DNA of 63,942 bases, the filler included, from Asterionella formosa (lineage: Eukaryota), in NCBI GenBank assembly GCA_002256025.1. It is 8 parts of 8 records of this genome, joined end to end, with 100 filler letters (N's around TTAATTAATTAA, not from the genome) between each part and the next. Parts side by side here need not be neighbours in the genome. Positions count along the whole stretch, not along the records: positions 42,082 to 50,372 come from NKIB01012283.1; positions 50,473 to 58,764 come from NKIB01012284.1; positions 58,865 to 63,942 come from NKIB01012399.1; 5 more parts are not named here. One strand, written 5' to 3'. The notes beneath the pieces were generated by a model. The model did no database searches. It saw nothing but the letters and a program-made list of their open reading frames with translations, and was not told the origin of the DNA. Position numbers and translations under genes: made by a program. Positions 49,101-61,264 of the stretch are shown here, in pieces (within the stretch, counting starts at the first letter, position 1; the number at the start of each line of letters is the position of its first letter).

Positions 49101-49489
49101 TAGGGCATGGAACATGATTATATGGAAGAGGATTGGCATTCACTGGTAGGGGCGATCCAACAGAACTCATGGTTGATTGTTGCGTTGTTCGACGTTATTT
49201 TGTTGCTCAAACATGCTCGAGGTATATAACTAGAGTCTATTCATGTGTTCTGGTGGGGAGTAAAATTATATCTAAATTGAGCAATGTAGATATAACAGAT
49301 ATAACATAAATGTCTTAAATTCTTTTTGAAAAGGAACTCTGTCAATGTGGCGCCATTTTCTACTCAGTTTAAATATTCAAACAGGTACTTGCATCATGGG
49401 AATACACAGAAACAAATTCTCTGTTCCTCGTCAATTTTACAACCCTAGAGATTTTTTCTTCAAACTAGGGTTATGCCGGGGCCGCAACC
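46156..49489 (-). mobile_element. Kolobok-like (Mutator-like DDE domain) DNA transposon with a decayed transposase (about 49170-47180)
   Basis: 'VSFDMGWQQRSSG..YNS.SGH...SKVCNTC..KNH..GSSKSME...ICDDDS', 'HLFDSHEHC.PEWC', 'TQMNEAMN...RCPK' and a C-terminal CNHC..DH knuckle. The terminus GGTTGCGGCCCC is flanked by TTAA (49490-49493). The other end is interrupted by the copia LTR. Confidence 0.75.
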
Positions 49490-49505
49490 TTAATAAAACC
49501 GGGTA

Positions 49506-50372
49506 CCACTTAAAAACTGTAAGCCACCGCTACGGCCACTTTTGAACTGTAAGCCACCGCTAAACGGAGTAAACGCACGGTTTGAACTTATTTTACAAGA
49601 TACGCTATTTATTGTGACGAACGAGTTGTTCAGATTTATATAGCGAGTAAATACTTCCGTACTTGTATTGTTGCATTGTGTACATTGTTAATTAGGTATT
49701 ATCGCCCAAAGGTTGCTGTCGACGTGAAATTGCGAAAATTGGATATTTTCACGTTTACTCGATTGAGCAAGCATCACCTTTTATATACGTATCCAGCTAT
49801 GACAATATTCCTCCGCTAGAAAACTAATTTAGTATCCTCTAAAATTTATTTAATATGGCTACGACGTCATTGCGCTTTCGCTCGTGCGCCATAATAAAGA
49901 GATAAATTCACTAATGGAAAACGTCAAATAGGAATTCCTGGCGCGCCCGAATTATGAGTACAAAAATTAAATGCAAACACACAACAGTCACCCATCAACA
50001 AGAATTCAATACACTTCGCGGAAAAGTACTTACATTGAAGGAATAGAACAGAACAAAACAAAAGAACAGATGTCTGTGCAAGAATTGAAATTAATGGTGC
50101 GTTGGTACAAACGATCAGGTGATTTGCCGGTTCCACAAACAAGGCAAGCTCTGATTACAAGATTCGACGACACCAATCACCATGGTGACCAGCAGCCGCC
50201 ATTCCCTCTCCATGCACCTCCTATTGCTGTGGTTGTTGTTACTGCGCCTCCTCCTGTTGCTATTCCCTCTCCTTCTACAACTGCTACTGCCGAGGATCCA
50301 CCATTCCGTGATGAAGTTTGAGACTCCGCAAGCAAGTAATTAGATGCAAAGAAGCTCGAGATTAATGTAATG
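49506..50372 (+). mobile_element. Short deletion derivative of the 13299-15793 pogo-like element
   Basis: TA + CCACTTAAAAACTGTAAGCCACCGCTA. Matches the reverse of 15793-15295 joined directly to about 14030-13660. Confidence 0.9.
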
Positions 50373-51881
50373 NNNNNNNNNNNNNNNNNNNNNNNNNNNN
50401 NNNNNNNNNNNNNNNNTTAATTAATTAANNNNNNNNNNNNNNNNNNNNNNNNNNNNNNNNNNNNNNNNNNNNTACCAAGCAAAGACTAAATAAAAGGCAG
50501 TGCAGTGATGCTTGAATGCTTTTCTGAACTATTTTGAATGAATTTGTGCGTTGCTTCTCATATATCATTGAAGCAGTCACATTTCCATGATTTGAATTGC
50601 AATCCTAAATGCTTCATCTGCTTTCCTTATAGCTAACTTGCCACCGACGCTTCGTTTCGGAAAAATTCAACTTGAAAGGTTACATAAATCCAAAACATAA
50701 GAAACATTTTCACCAATGCCATGCGTAATATGTCCCAAGGGAGTTGCGGTAAAAGACGGTCTTTGCTATAAGGAAAATATTGCTAAATTCCTCATTTACA
50801 GCAACTTTCGAAAACGGCAATTCTTAGAATTCTCTTTAGGGCCATTTTGCATCAAGTGATTTTTTCGGTTCAATTGCTCTAATGTGCGCCATCCGAAAAG
50901 CTATCAATCCATGTGTGCTATATATTTAGTAAATTTAAAATCGGCAACTACTCCGAATACATTTCAGAAAACGTCTTTTACATTTTCGCTTTTCGCTTTT
51001 GCCCATCTCAAGCAAAATGGAGTTGCATGAGCCTCCTTTCACTACGTCTCATTCTTGACAATGCATAGTAGTAGTCATTTTTGGTGTTAGAGCTTCAAAT
51101 GGTTTGCATGTAGGTTAGATGTGAAGAAAATACTGTAAATCATTTAAATTGCGCACTCGTCTCCTCTCATTTTCTTTGGAGGATACTGACATATTTGTCC
51201 TGCTGCACATAACCGGCCAGTGGCAGAAAAATAGTCATTAGGAGGTGATTTCCACTTGACAGAAAATTCCTTTTCACAAACAAACCACATATGACACACA
51301 TAGCACTAAATTTGCCAAAATCAACAGAATATTCAATCGCAGCCAAAAGAAAACTGACAGGGGATGTGATATGCGACCTCATACAAATGACATTGTTCCA
51401 AACAATTTTCAGAGGAATGCAAGACTAAACAGCTTTTATATTGTGCTATCCATGTATGATTTAATTACGCAGACCAAAGTCAAACTTGTTCTTAGCCTGA
51501 AGTGCATTTTGGCAAAGGTAAATTTGGGTTTTGTGATGCTGCCTTTTACAATCAAGTTCATGAGGAACAAAATAGTTTCACACACAAGCTGTTTAACATA
51601 TGTTTAATGTAACTGAGGGGGAGAGGGGACCCACAAGGATCATTTTGATAAGTAAATACAGTATTCCTATCAGCTGTTGCACATCCCAGATTGCCAGGAC
51701 ATTAACAAATTGAAAAATGCATCTTTTCATTTAAACATTCATGTTTACCGGTAGTTACATTCGTAAATGTATGCATACATTCATGGAACGGTACATACAT
51801 ACATGATCCCGGTATTTATATATTCCGCCTTCTCACGTTGTGATGATCATCCATCATGAAACAACAAAACTTCAGTCCACC

Positions 51882-53615
51882 ATGAAATTTTCTCGTGTCG
51901 CTGTCATTCTTTCGCTGTGGTTAGTAGACTCCATTTCCGCCACTTCCAAACCTCAAGATGGTACTACCACTTGCGAGGCTGCAGCTTCTACGCAACAGAG
52001 GGTACCTCCCATGGTAGTGGCCCCGCTGTTGAATAGCAACACCAAACAGAAAAACAAAACGTCAGCTACAGTTGCCAATGTCATGGGATGTTGTGCGTCT
52101 TTGGTAGATTCACCCAATGTCATTGGACAAATGCCTCAAATGACAACAGACGAGGCGTTGGAGGTATTGGATATAGCTAAGGATGCATGGAAGGGAGGGT
52201 CGGGCACATGGCCTCAAATGTCATTGCGAGATCGAGTGAAAGCCATTCAAACGTTCATGACGGTACTTCAAGAACAACGCACTGCTATTATTGAGGTCCT
52301 AATGTGGGAAATTGGAAAGAATCTACAAGATGCAACGTCAGAATTCGATCGTACGATGCAATTCATTCAAAAACTTATTGAGACAATTCATACTGATCCT
52401 GAATTCAACTCGGAATGGCAGTCGATGGGTGGTGACACAACTCGTGCCTTTGTCAGGCGAGCTGCAATTGGAATCATTCTATGTCTAGGACCATATAATT
52501 ATCCATTGAATGAGACCTATGCGACATTGATTCCAGCACTGTTAATGGGAAACATTGTTATTATGAAAATTCCAACTGTAGGTGGCCTTACTCACCTTTT
52601 GACTATGGACGCCTTTCGTCAAACTTTACCAGAGGGAACAATCAACTTTGTCTCTGGTTCTGGTAGAACTACTATGCCACCATTAATGGCATCTGGATTC
52701 ATCGATGGACTGGCGTTCATTGGTGGATCGAAAGCCGCTGACGAATTGATTCGACAACATCCATCACCCCATCGTCTTAAACTATTTTTGCAATTGGAAG
52801 CCAAAAATATGGGCATCTTCTTGTCAGATATCTTTCAGGACGAAGAATTGCTAGAAGCTGGTCTCAACGAAGCCATTTCTGGGACCACTAGTTACAATGG
52901 TCAACGATGCACTGCTCTCAAGCTACTATTTGTTCCTGCCAATAATGCCACAACCTTTGTGTCCAAATTTGTCGACAAGATTCATGACCTACGAATCGGG
53001 CTTCCATGGCAAGAATCGAAAAGTGGATTATTACCTCATATTACACCTCTTCCAAATCAAAAGCGCGTACAGTATATGAAGGAACTTATTGAGGATGCCA
53101 CATCCAAGGGAGCCAAGATTATGAACAACAATGGAGGTGATATCCTTGGGGGTCCAGACTCAACTCTCATGGTCCCTGCTGTACTATACCCCGTCACATC
53201 TGCTATGAAAGTATACTGGGAAGAACAATTTGGACCTGTCATTCCCATTGCACCATATGAAACTCTCGACACTGTGATTCAATATGGACGAGATGGAACC
53301 TATGGACAACAAGTTTCCATCTTTACTTCTGCTGCAGCTCACGTAGGTGCGACCAACAACAATGATGCATCCATTTTGCTGGATATCTTTTCACAAGTCT
53401 TTGGTAAAATCAATATCAATTCTCAATGTGGTAGATCTCCAGACAATTTACCCTTTTCTGGGCGACGAAGTTCTGCTCTGGGGGTCATGTCAATTTCCTA
53501 TGCTCTACAAGAATTTAGTATCCCCACAGCTGTGGTATACAAGAACGTGAATACCAATAGTGCTGTTATGGATACAATTCAAGCCTCTTCCAAATTTATG
53601 GAATCACTTTTCTGA
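51882..53615 (+). CDS. gapN: Aldehyde dehydrogenase, non-phosphorylating NADP-GAPDH (GAPN/ALDH11)-like, with an N-terminal signal peptide
   Basis: 'GPYNYPLNET', 'FIGGS', 'SYNGQRCTALK' (catalytic Cys), 'EEQFGPVIP' and 'INSQCGRSPDNLPFSGRRSS'. Confidence 0.85.
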   Translation: MKFSRVAVILSLWLVDSISATSKPQDGTTTCEAAASTQQRVPPMVVAPLLNSNTKQKNKTSATVANVMGCCASLVDSPNVIGQMPQMTTDEALEVLDIAKDAWKGGSGTWPQMSLRDRVKAIQTFMTVLQEQRTAIIEVLMWEIGKNLQDATSEFDRTMQFIQKLIETIHTDPEFNSEWQSMGGDTTRAFVRRAAIGIILCLGPYNYPLNETYATLIPALLMGNIVIMKIPTVGGLTHLLTMDAFRQTLPEGTINFVSGSGRTTMPPLMASGFIDGLAFIGGSKAADELIRQHPSPHRLKLFLQLEAKNMGIFLSDIFQDEELLEAGLNEAISGTTSYNGQRCTALKLLFVPANNATTFVSKFVDKIHDLRIGLPWQESKSGLLPHITPLPNQKRVQYMKELIEDATSKGAKIMNNNGGDILGGPDSTLMVPAVLYPVTSAMKVYWEEQFGPVIPIAPYETLDTVIQYGRDGTYGQQVSIFTSAAAHVGATNNNDASILLDIFSQVFGKININSQCGRSPDNLPFSGRRSSALGVMSISYALQEFSIPTAVVYKNVNTNSAVMDTIQASSKFMESLF

Positions 53616-53820
53616 GGAGAGACATTTTTGTTTTGGATGAAAAAATTTTAAAACTCAAGGCCGTTGTACCATATAATACATCGTAACCTGATGAAATAGT
53701 AGCAAGCTTTTGATATGTTATGGATGATCTATACTGAGATGAGCATCTAAACCTATAATGGTTTGGGAGGAAAGGTGAACCCTTAGTAATTCGGGACCAA
53801 TTAGGAGTCTTGGAAACCAT

Positions 53821-54500
53821 NNNNNNNNNNNNNNNNNNNNNNNNNNNNNNNNNNNNNNNNNNNNNNNNNNNNNNNNNNNNNNNNNNNNNNNNNNNNNNNN
53901 NNNNNNNNNNNNNNNNNNNNNNNNNNNNNNNNNNNNNNNNNNNNNNNNNNNNNNNNNNNNNNNNNNNNNNNNNNNNNNNNNNNNNNNNNNNNNNNNNNNN
54001 NNNNNNNNNNNNNNNNNNNNNNNNNNNNNNNNNNNNNNNNNNNNNNNNNNNNNNNNNNNNNNNNNNNNNNNNNNNNNNNNNNNNNNNNNNNNNNNNNNNN
54101 NNNNNNNNNNNNNNNNNNNNNNNNNNNNNNNNNNNNNNNNNNNNNNNNNNNNNNNNNNNNNNNNNNNNNNNNNNNNNNNNNNNNNNNNNNNNNNNNNNNN
54201 NNNNNNNNNNNNNNNNNNNNNNNNNNNNNNNNNNNNNNNNNNNNNNNNNNNNNNNNNNNNNNNNNNNNNNNNNNNNNNNNNNNNNNNNNNNNNNNNNNNN
54301 NNNNNNNNNNNNNNNNNNNNNNNNNNNNNNNNNNNNNNNNNNNNNNNNNNNNNNNNNNNNNNNNNNNNNNNNNNNNNNNNNNNNNNNNNNNNNNNNNNNN
54401 NNNNNNNNNNNNNNNNNNNNNNNNNNNNNNNNNNNNNNNNNNNNNNNNNNNNNNNNNNNNNNNNNNNNNNNNNNNNNNNNNNNNNNNNNNNNNNNNNNNN
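53821..54500. other. Scaffold gap (680 N)
   Basis: Run of N without the linker. Confidence 0.98.
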
Positions 54501-54904
54501 GTCAACTTTTCAGTCAAAATGATTTGCTTTTTCAATACATACTGTAAACCTCGAACCAACTGTTCTAATGGTAACTCGATCAATGATTCCAACAAATCAC
54601 CAACATCAATCAACTATTTAGCAGCAACACCCACCAACAAAGGACGACCATCAGACCCTAACATATTTTCATCCATCGTGATGGGAAACGACGATTGACA
54701 TAATCATCGAGTTAAATATATATTTCTTAAATAGCCTCAGCAGCAAAGTTCAGTTCCGTCCAAGTCAGTGGTAGGGCCAAGATAAATGACAATATCATCT
54801 GAAGAAGCTCGGGAGTAAAAAGATGGCTAGGAGCAACGTTACCGTAGTGCTAGAAGCAACATTCTCGTAGAGATGAGGCACATACTATAAACCGGCGACT
54901 CGCC

Positions 54905-56861
54905 TCATGCGGCAAACACACAGCCAATGGCAAGGAGAAAGAAACCAAAGCCTCGCACTCCCGATCCAGAAGGATTGCTTGTGTTCGACTCAGCTTGAGG
55001 AGCCTGTGTTGCAACGATCTCGCTCTTCAAAAACTCACAATGCTCGCTGTTGTCGAAAATCAAACCAGAATAAGCAAACAGTCAACAAATAAAAAGGGAC
55101 ATCAAGAGTTCTTACCCTTTCCATTCATCCTGGCAAATACAACCAGGGTGTTGATTGGTATCATTACTCTTGCACTTTCCATTATTGACACAGAAAGCAA
55201 AGCTGTTGCTTGACATATCCACCGTTCCATTCTTAGTACATATGCTGGTCGCCTTGTACTGGCAGAACTTTCCGGCCATCCGGTGGTTGCTTGAATTGAA
55301 ACCAGCTTCACAGTCACATGTACTGGATTTACCCTGTTCGTCAATGCACCGGGAGCCGAGGAAACATGCGGTTTGTTTGTCTTTGCACACTTTAACTTCA
55401 TATTCGCAAGTCAGTCCAATGTAGCCAGCTATATGTTTGCAATTATGATGAGGTTAGTAAAAACTACATAAAATAAGTTTCGCCTTGACATTCTTGCTCA
55501 CCTGGACAAACGCAATGCTCAAAATTTTCGTTGTATGACACGTTTAGATGAGCCAGGGAAGGACCCAACGTGTTCAAAAAGGATGTATCCTTGGCTCCAT
55601 TGCGACATTGACCACCGTTGGTGCATTTAAGGCTACAATCTTGGTATTTGTCGTTGCTATTTTCTGCGTCGTTGAATTCGCAAGTAGCTCCATGAAATCC
55701 TAGAGAGCAGCTACAGTTATTGTATGAATCTTCAGCAGGACACGTGCCATTGTTGTAGCAAAAGAGTTGACCGTTTTCAGTTACCTCCTTGTCGCACACC
55801 GCACTGCTCTCATATTGACAAAACCGACCGCCGTATTGTTTCTCTTGCTTTTTTGCCGTTCTGCAATCACAATTGGCAGTGGTGGTACCCATGGTACGAT
55901 TGATCACGCATGTGCCTCCATTGAAACAGTCAAAGCTTCCACACGTTTCGACTTTAGACGCGCATGTAACGCCGTAAAAAATGGGCGGACAGTCGCAATA
56001 TTGATAGGTAACGTTGTTGACAAAGACCTCTGCCATGTTGGCATCTTCATGAAACCAACAGGAACGAATTCCTAATCGGCATGCTCCCCCATTTTGGCAC
56101 TCCAATGTGCATTCGGGAACAGTGCCAATGGCATACTCACAATGCTGTCCTTTATAGTTGTAATCACAACTGCAATGACTGAACGAGGAATTATCGTAGT
56201 AATTATAATTGCAGGAGCCACCATTGACGCAAAATATGCTATTATTGGCATTGCAAGCGGTAGTGACGAGAGTGTGAATGTATTCATCGAAAGCATTTGG
56301 AATCTCGCAATACTTGCCGACATATGTAATCACAGTGCCATTATTTATTTGCTTGGCATTCGAGCAGTCGCAAAAGAGTTGTTCTTTATCATAAATGTCA
56401 GCCAGGCCAGAAAGACACTTGCCACCATTGCTGCAAATTTCTCATACGAGAAAAGGAAGGATTGGACAATGCAGGTAAGTCAAGTGTATGAATGTTATGC
56501 ACGAATCAAATACTGCTGAGAACACGGAAGAGAATCAAGTGACGGTCATGACTTACTAACACTTGAGGCCTGTATCCTCCGTCACGGAATCAACACAGCT
56601 TTCGTATTTCGTAGCACAGCGCAACCCTGTCCAACCCTCTTCGCAAGCACAATGTCTTCCATTTCGTTGGATTTCCTTGTGGATATCCAAAATACCTCCT
56701 TCAGTTGTAAGAAATTTAGTGAAATTTGCAGAAAGGTTCGCGCAAGTTGAATTGTTGAAACATTCAAAGGTAGGACAATTATTCTGTGTAAGATTCGTTC
56801 CTGCAACCATGACGGCCCTGACAAGAGGAGTCGTTAGGATGCTGAGGATGAGGCGACACAT
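54905..56861 (-). CDS. Multi-EGF-repeat cell-surface protein; introns 56431-56556, 55429-55501 and 55047-55115
   Basis: Signal peptide and many 'CxNGGxC...CxC...Y/FxGxxCE' repeats. Three GT-AG introns join the ORFs in frame. Hydrophobic C-terminus before TGA. Confidence 0.8.
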
Positions 56862-57241
56862 GAAGAAAATGTGACGACGGAATGAAAAGTACAAAATACT
56901 GTATTATGCACCGTAACATAGTTTAGCTGTTTCACATGAGGAAATCGTTCGTAAACATATGCAGTGTGTATTAAAACATTCAATCACTCTTGGGTCGTGT
57001 TTCGTTGCTTTAGATCTATGAACCGGAACGAAATGTAGTCCAACGATAGAATAATACCAGGAACAGAAGAAATAAAAATTATTAGATCCCTCAAATTGGG
57101 GTACGGTAAAAGTCGAAATTTATTACTCTGAATTATTGATTGCAAAATTTAATCTATACTATGGCCTACGGATTCTACATTATTGATCATCAGGTTGCAA
57201 CCAGCCATACATACACTGTATGGACAGAGCACGAGCGCAGA

Positions 57242-57249
57242 ACACGTGC
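57242..57249 (+). promoter_or_regulatory. ACACGTGC candidate low-iron-responsive element upstream of FTR1
   Basis: Exact octamer about 330 bp before the ATG. As I recall, this motif is reported in promoters of low-iron-induced diatom genes. Confidence 0.4.
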
Positions 57250-57576
57250 GAAGAAAGTACGCCTGACACGCAGATGACGCATGCACTTGTGGGTAGCTCC
57301 CCGTATAATATGTATGAGCAATCAGCCACTACTGCATGTTCTACCCTTGATTTAAAGGATATATCAAAATACCGGTATGGCACTTTTCGATGTGCGGGGT
57401 CGGGACAATTGGCTTCCGGAGTATGCAAGGCTAATATTTGCATCGGCATGAAGTGCGCTTGCCTCTTCTTTGTTGTCGGATGAGCCTATATAGATAACAT
57501 GAAATTGCTCATATTTTCTGTACAAGAGCTTTTTCTAGGTATTTATTATTAGGTGAGAAATAGCCATCTGCCAATC

Positions 57577-58647
57577 ATGAGTACAGACAGCAGTACGAAC
57601 AGCCTCTTCAACGTGGCTATTGCCACCATCTTTGCCCGTGAAGTTTTGGAAGCCTGCATCATTATCGGCAATTACAGAACTGTGATCAACAAATCCGAAC
57701 ACATGGATGAAGAAACGAAGAAGCGAAATCTACGGGCAGTGACAGTTGCGGCTTCCTGGGCCAGCTTTGTTGCCGTCCTTGTTGTCTTGGCCGTTGCCAT
57801 TCCTCTAGGTATTTTGTCAAAGACTCTTGATGATAAACCTGTTGCAATCATTGAAGGAATCTCCAAGGTAGTTGCTTCTGTTTGCATCCTTCAAATGTCT
57901 CTAAAGATCCCTGGTTGGCTTGGAATCTACCGAAAGGTCTCTCTTATCCCATGTAAGAAGCCCAAGCCTGTTTTAACCGACGAAGAAAGGGAGGCGGAAC
58001 TTGGCTTGACAGTGCAGGAAATTCGCTTCAATGTTTCTTGGAATATCTGGCGTGAAGTTGCCGAATGTGGTCTCTTCCTCATTCCTTTTTTCCTGGGAAC
58101 TGGCACGAAGGCAATTCCCGTTTCTGCCTTGGCGGGCGCTGCTATCGCTCTGTTCATCGGAATTGGTTTGTATATCGCCAACAGCAGAATGAAAAACAAA
58201 ACGGGGATTGCAGTTTTCTTGGGGGGTCTGACTCTTTTTCTCGCAGTCGGACTCTTTGTGGGTGGCATTCATGAATTCGAAGAGTACTGGCCAAATGGAG
58301 AATCAAACAAAGTGTACTATATTACGAACCCATTCTGGAGCACTAGTAGACTTCCCATGGTTTTGCTAAAGCCATTTGGATTCTCGTCCTCCCGAACAGT
58401 GATGCAGATGTGCACCTTTTGGTTGTTTCTTGCGTTTGGATGTACGCTGCACTACTTGAAGTGGCGGGCAACTAAGAAGCTCATGGAAGCAGAGACTGTC
58501 CTCGCTAGCGGTAATTACGTTTCAAAGAGTGGAAAGAGCTTGGATGAAACGTATGTGGAAGCGCAGACTCCTGATGGGCATTCCGTCAAAGATAAGGGCG
58601 ATTCGAACAAGTTTAAAGATGTTGAGGAGTTGCAGGAGTCATGTTAA
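57577..58647 (+). CDS. FTR1: High-affinity iron permease, FTR1 family
   Basis: Two RExxE motifs ('FAREVLEA', 'WREVAECG'), multiple TM segments and 'GIHEFEE'. Confidence 0.92.
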   Translation: MSTDSSTNSLFNVAIATIFAREVLEACIIIGNYRTVINKSEHMDEETKKRNLRAVTVAASWASFVAVLVVLAVAIPLGILSKTLDDKPVAIIEGISKVVASVCILQMSLKIPGWLGIYRKVSLIPCKKPKPVLTDEEREAELGLTVQEIRFNVSWNIWREVAECGLFLIPFFLGTGTKAIPVSALAGAAIALFIGIGLYIANSRMKNKTGIAVFLGGLTLFLAVGLFVGGIHEFEEYWPNGESNKVYYITNPFWSTSRLPMVLLKPFGFSSSRTVMQMCTFWLFLAFGCTLHYLKWRATKKLMEAETVLASGNYVSKSGKSLDETYVEAQTPDGHSVKDKGDSNKFKDVEELQESC

Positions 58648-59404
58648 CAACGCGAAAAATTGATCTTCGTCAAGAAACGCAATTTTCTTGTTCCCATCAG
58701 ATTGATTGCTCCTGCTGCCTTTTGTAGATTCAGGACGGGTTCAAATACCGATATATATATATATNNNNNNNNNNNNNNNNNNNNNNNNNNNNNNNNNNNN
58801 NNNNNNNNTTAATTAATTAANNNNNNNNNNNNNNNNNNNNNNNNNNNNNNNNNNNNNNNNNNNNAAAGGTTTGGAAACAACTTCTTTCACTAACTTATCA
58901 ATTTATTATTATTGAATTGTACATCATCGCAATGACAGTACTTTTCATGAAGATATTCCCTGAATTTACCAACCGGCAACCAAGCACCATTTATGGCAAG
59001 GTCTCACTGATGGCGGCCGTAACTGATATTGCTATAATTTTTTAAGCATCAGGTGAAAAGTGATTCCCCAAAAGCATTTCACTCATGACATAATAAACAG
59101 GTCTAAAAGCCTTTGATGAATCACTTTTGTGCAAGAAACGACACAGATCTTGAGTAACATGGTGAGCCAATCACAGCAAACAAAATCATGGCGTGATGTT
59201 TAGTACACCCATACTAGGGATAAAGATAGTATTTTGTACCAGATCTATGCAACCAGCCATATTATTCCTGATGATCACCATAGCTACGTAGTATGTATCA
59301 TAATAAATAGACTGGCTTCGTCTTGTCGTCTACCGGTGGTATTGAAGAATACCCAGTCTTCTGTTATGTTTTATCTTGGTTGTTTATAAATCACGTAGTC
59401 CACC

Positions 59405-61079
59405 ATGTCGTGGTGTTGGTCTCTCGTCCGTGCACGATGCCGTGGATCAAGGGTGCTTTTGAATAGATCCCCAATGATCCATAGTACTACAAGACGGCAG
59501 GGTTTGTCGACATCCGCCGCCGTAGGCACAGCAACAGCAGCAGCAACTACAAATGATAGTCAATCGCTGTACCTATGGGGCACCAATAGCAAGGGTACTA
59601 TTCCAGGAATCGATCGGCCTCTTCTGGATGTGCCAACTGAAATTGATTGGAAAAAGGCTTGTCAAGGTGAGGGTATTAAATGGTCTAAATGAAGAGGTCT
59701 AGGTCACACATAATCGAGGTCGTATGTATTTAATGTTGGCTGATGATCCTTGCTTTGATATTGTTATTCTTATTGTTATACCGACAGTGGACGAGGACGA
59801 GGGCGTTTCGATCCGAAAAATTGTATGTGGACCGACCGACACAGCCATGGTATTGTCAGATGGGCGATGCTTTTTATCTGGAATGAACAAGCAAGGTCAG
59901 CTGGGGTAAGTCTTCCCGTCACCACTCCTCCCAAATATCAGTTGTTGTTCTTGTTATCTCTCAACCCTTTCTCGACTATACTAGACTTGGACATAAGAAT
60001 CCTGTCGAAGTTCCTACTCTATTACCTGATATCAATGTCGAATCCATCTACTTGGGTCAAAACTTTTCGGCTCTTGTGAAATCCGATGGTGAGCTGTACA
60101 CCTTCGGCTATGGAGGATCGGTCCTGTCAGGACTTGGCACACTTGGACATGGAAATGGTGAGTCTTATCTGGAACCCAAACTAGTGGAATCATTAGTAGA
60201 GGATGGATGTTTTGCCAAGGATGTGCAGATTGGAGAGTCGCACATGACGGTGTTGACAACAGAAGGGGAAGTTTTGACATGCGGTGGTGGAAGTTATGGC
60301 CGTCTTGGGAGCTTTGATGCTGTGGATCAATTGTATTTGGCACCTGTGGAGCTGTTATCGTCCGATGTGGTTCAAATTGCTGGTGGTAAATCATTCACCT
60401 TGGCCTTGACATCTGATGGTGTAGTGCATGGCTGGGGACGAAATCACAAGGGGCAGGTAAGTAAATATAGAATCGTTTTGCTGGGGAACAGCAATGAGCA
60501 CCCTGCATGTATTATATTCTAACTCGATATTTATGTATTTAAAGCTTGGAACTGGATTGGGAATGGCGGTAGACATGTATGCCATGGAATCCATTCCAGC
60601 ACCAATTGAATCTGGTCAGCTAGAAGGTCTACAAGTGACGAAGATTGCTGCTGGCCATTCTCATGCGGCATGTATCGTGGACAGTGGAAGGCTCTTTTTT
60701 TGGGGTATGACACTTCATCTGGAACCTGAGTTAGTAACGTCACTACTGCATACCAAGGTATGTACCTGTACGCGCAATGGAAACAGGCGGCCATGGTTGA
60801 TTTGAATATATATATATATATATACACTTGTTGGAGTTCTAATACCTCACGTTGGTTCCTGTTCCTTTGTAGATTGTTGACGTTGCCTGTGGAGAAAACT
60901 ATACGATTGCATTAGGCGAGGATGGTAACTTATACAGTATGGGTCAAGGCAAGACAGGTGCGCTGGGACAGGCCAGTGTGAAGCAACTCAATCAGGCGCA
61001 GCTGATTGAATCACTGGTAGACAAGAGCGTTCTGAGTATGAGTGCAGGCTGGAAGCATGTGGCGTGTCTAGTTGAATAG
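59405..61079 (+). CDS. RCC1-repeat protein, probably mitochondrial; introns 59667-59787, 59906-59984, 60457-60544 and 60758-60872
   Basis: Repeats 'GxNxxGQLGLG', 'VxQIAGGKSFT', 'IAAGHSH' and 'MSAGWKH'. Four GT-AG introns maintain the frame. Arg/Ser-rich presequence. Confidence 0.9.
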
Positions 61080-61264
61080 AATGCGTTATGAATTAATGCT
61101 ACAAGCTGATGATTGAAATGGAATTATCTAATATAATATGAACATCATTACAACAATATTGAGACTTGCGAGCCGTCACGTGAATATTTATCGCATGTAG
61201 TTTAAACACAAGACTCATCGCAATTGGAAATATAGGATACAAGATTGTTGCAACAGTAAGAATT

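Noticed and set aside
50473..51600. Possible decayed coding sequence upstream of the GAPN-like gene
   Set aside because: Many stops and no motif I could identify.
53801..54613. Long ORFs spanning X residues
   Set aside because: They are artefacts of the N gap.
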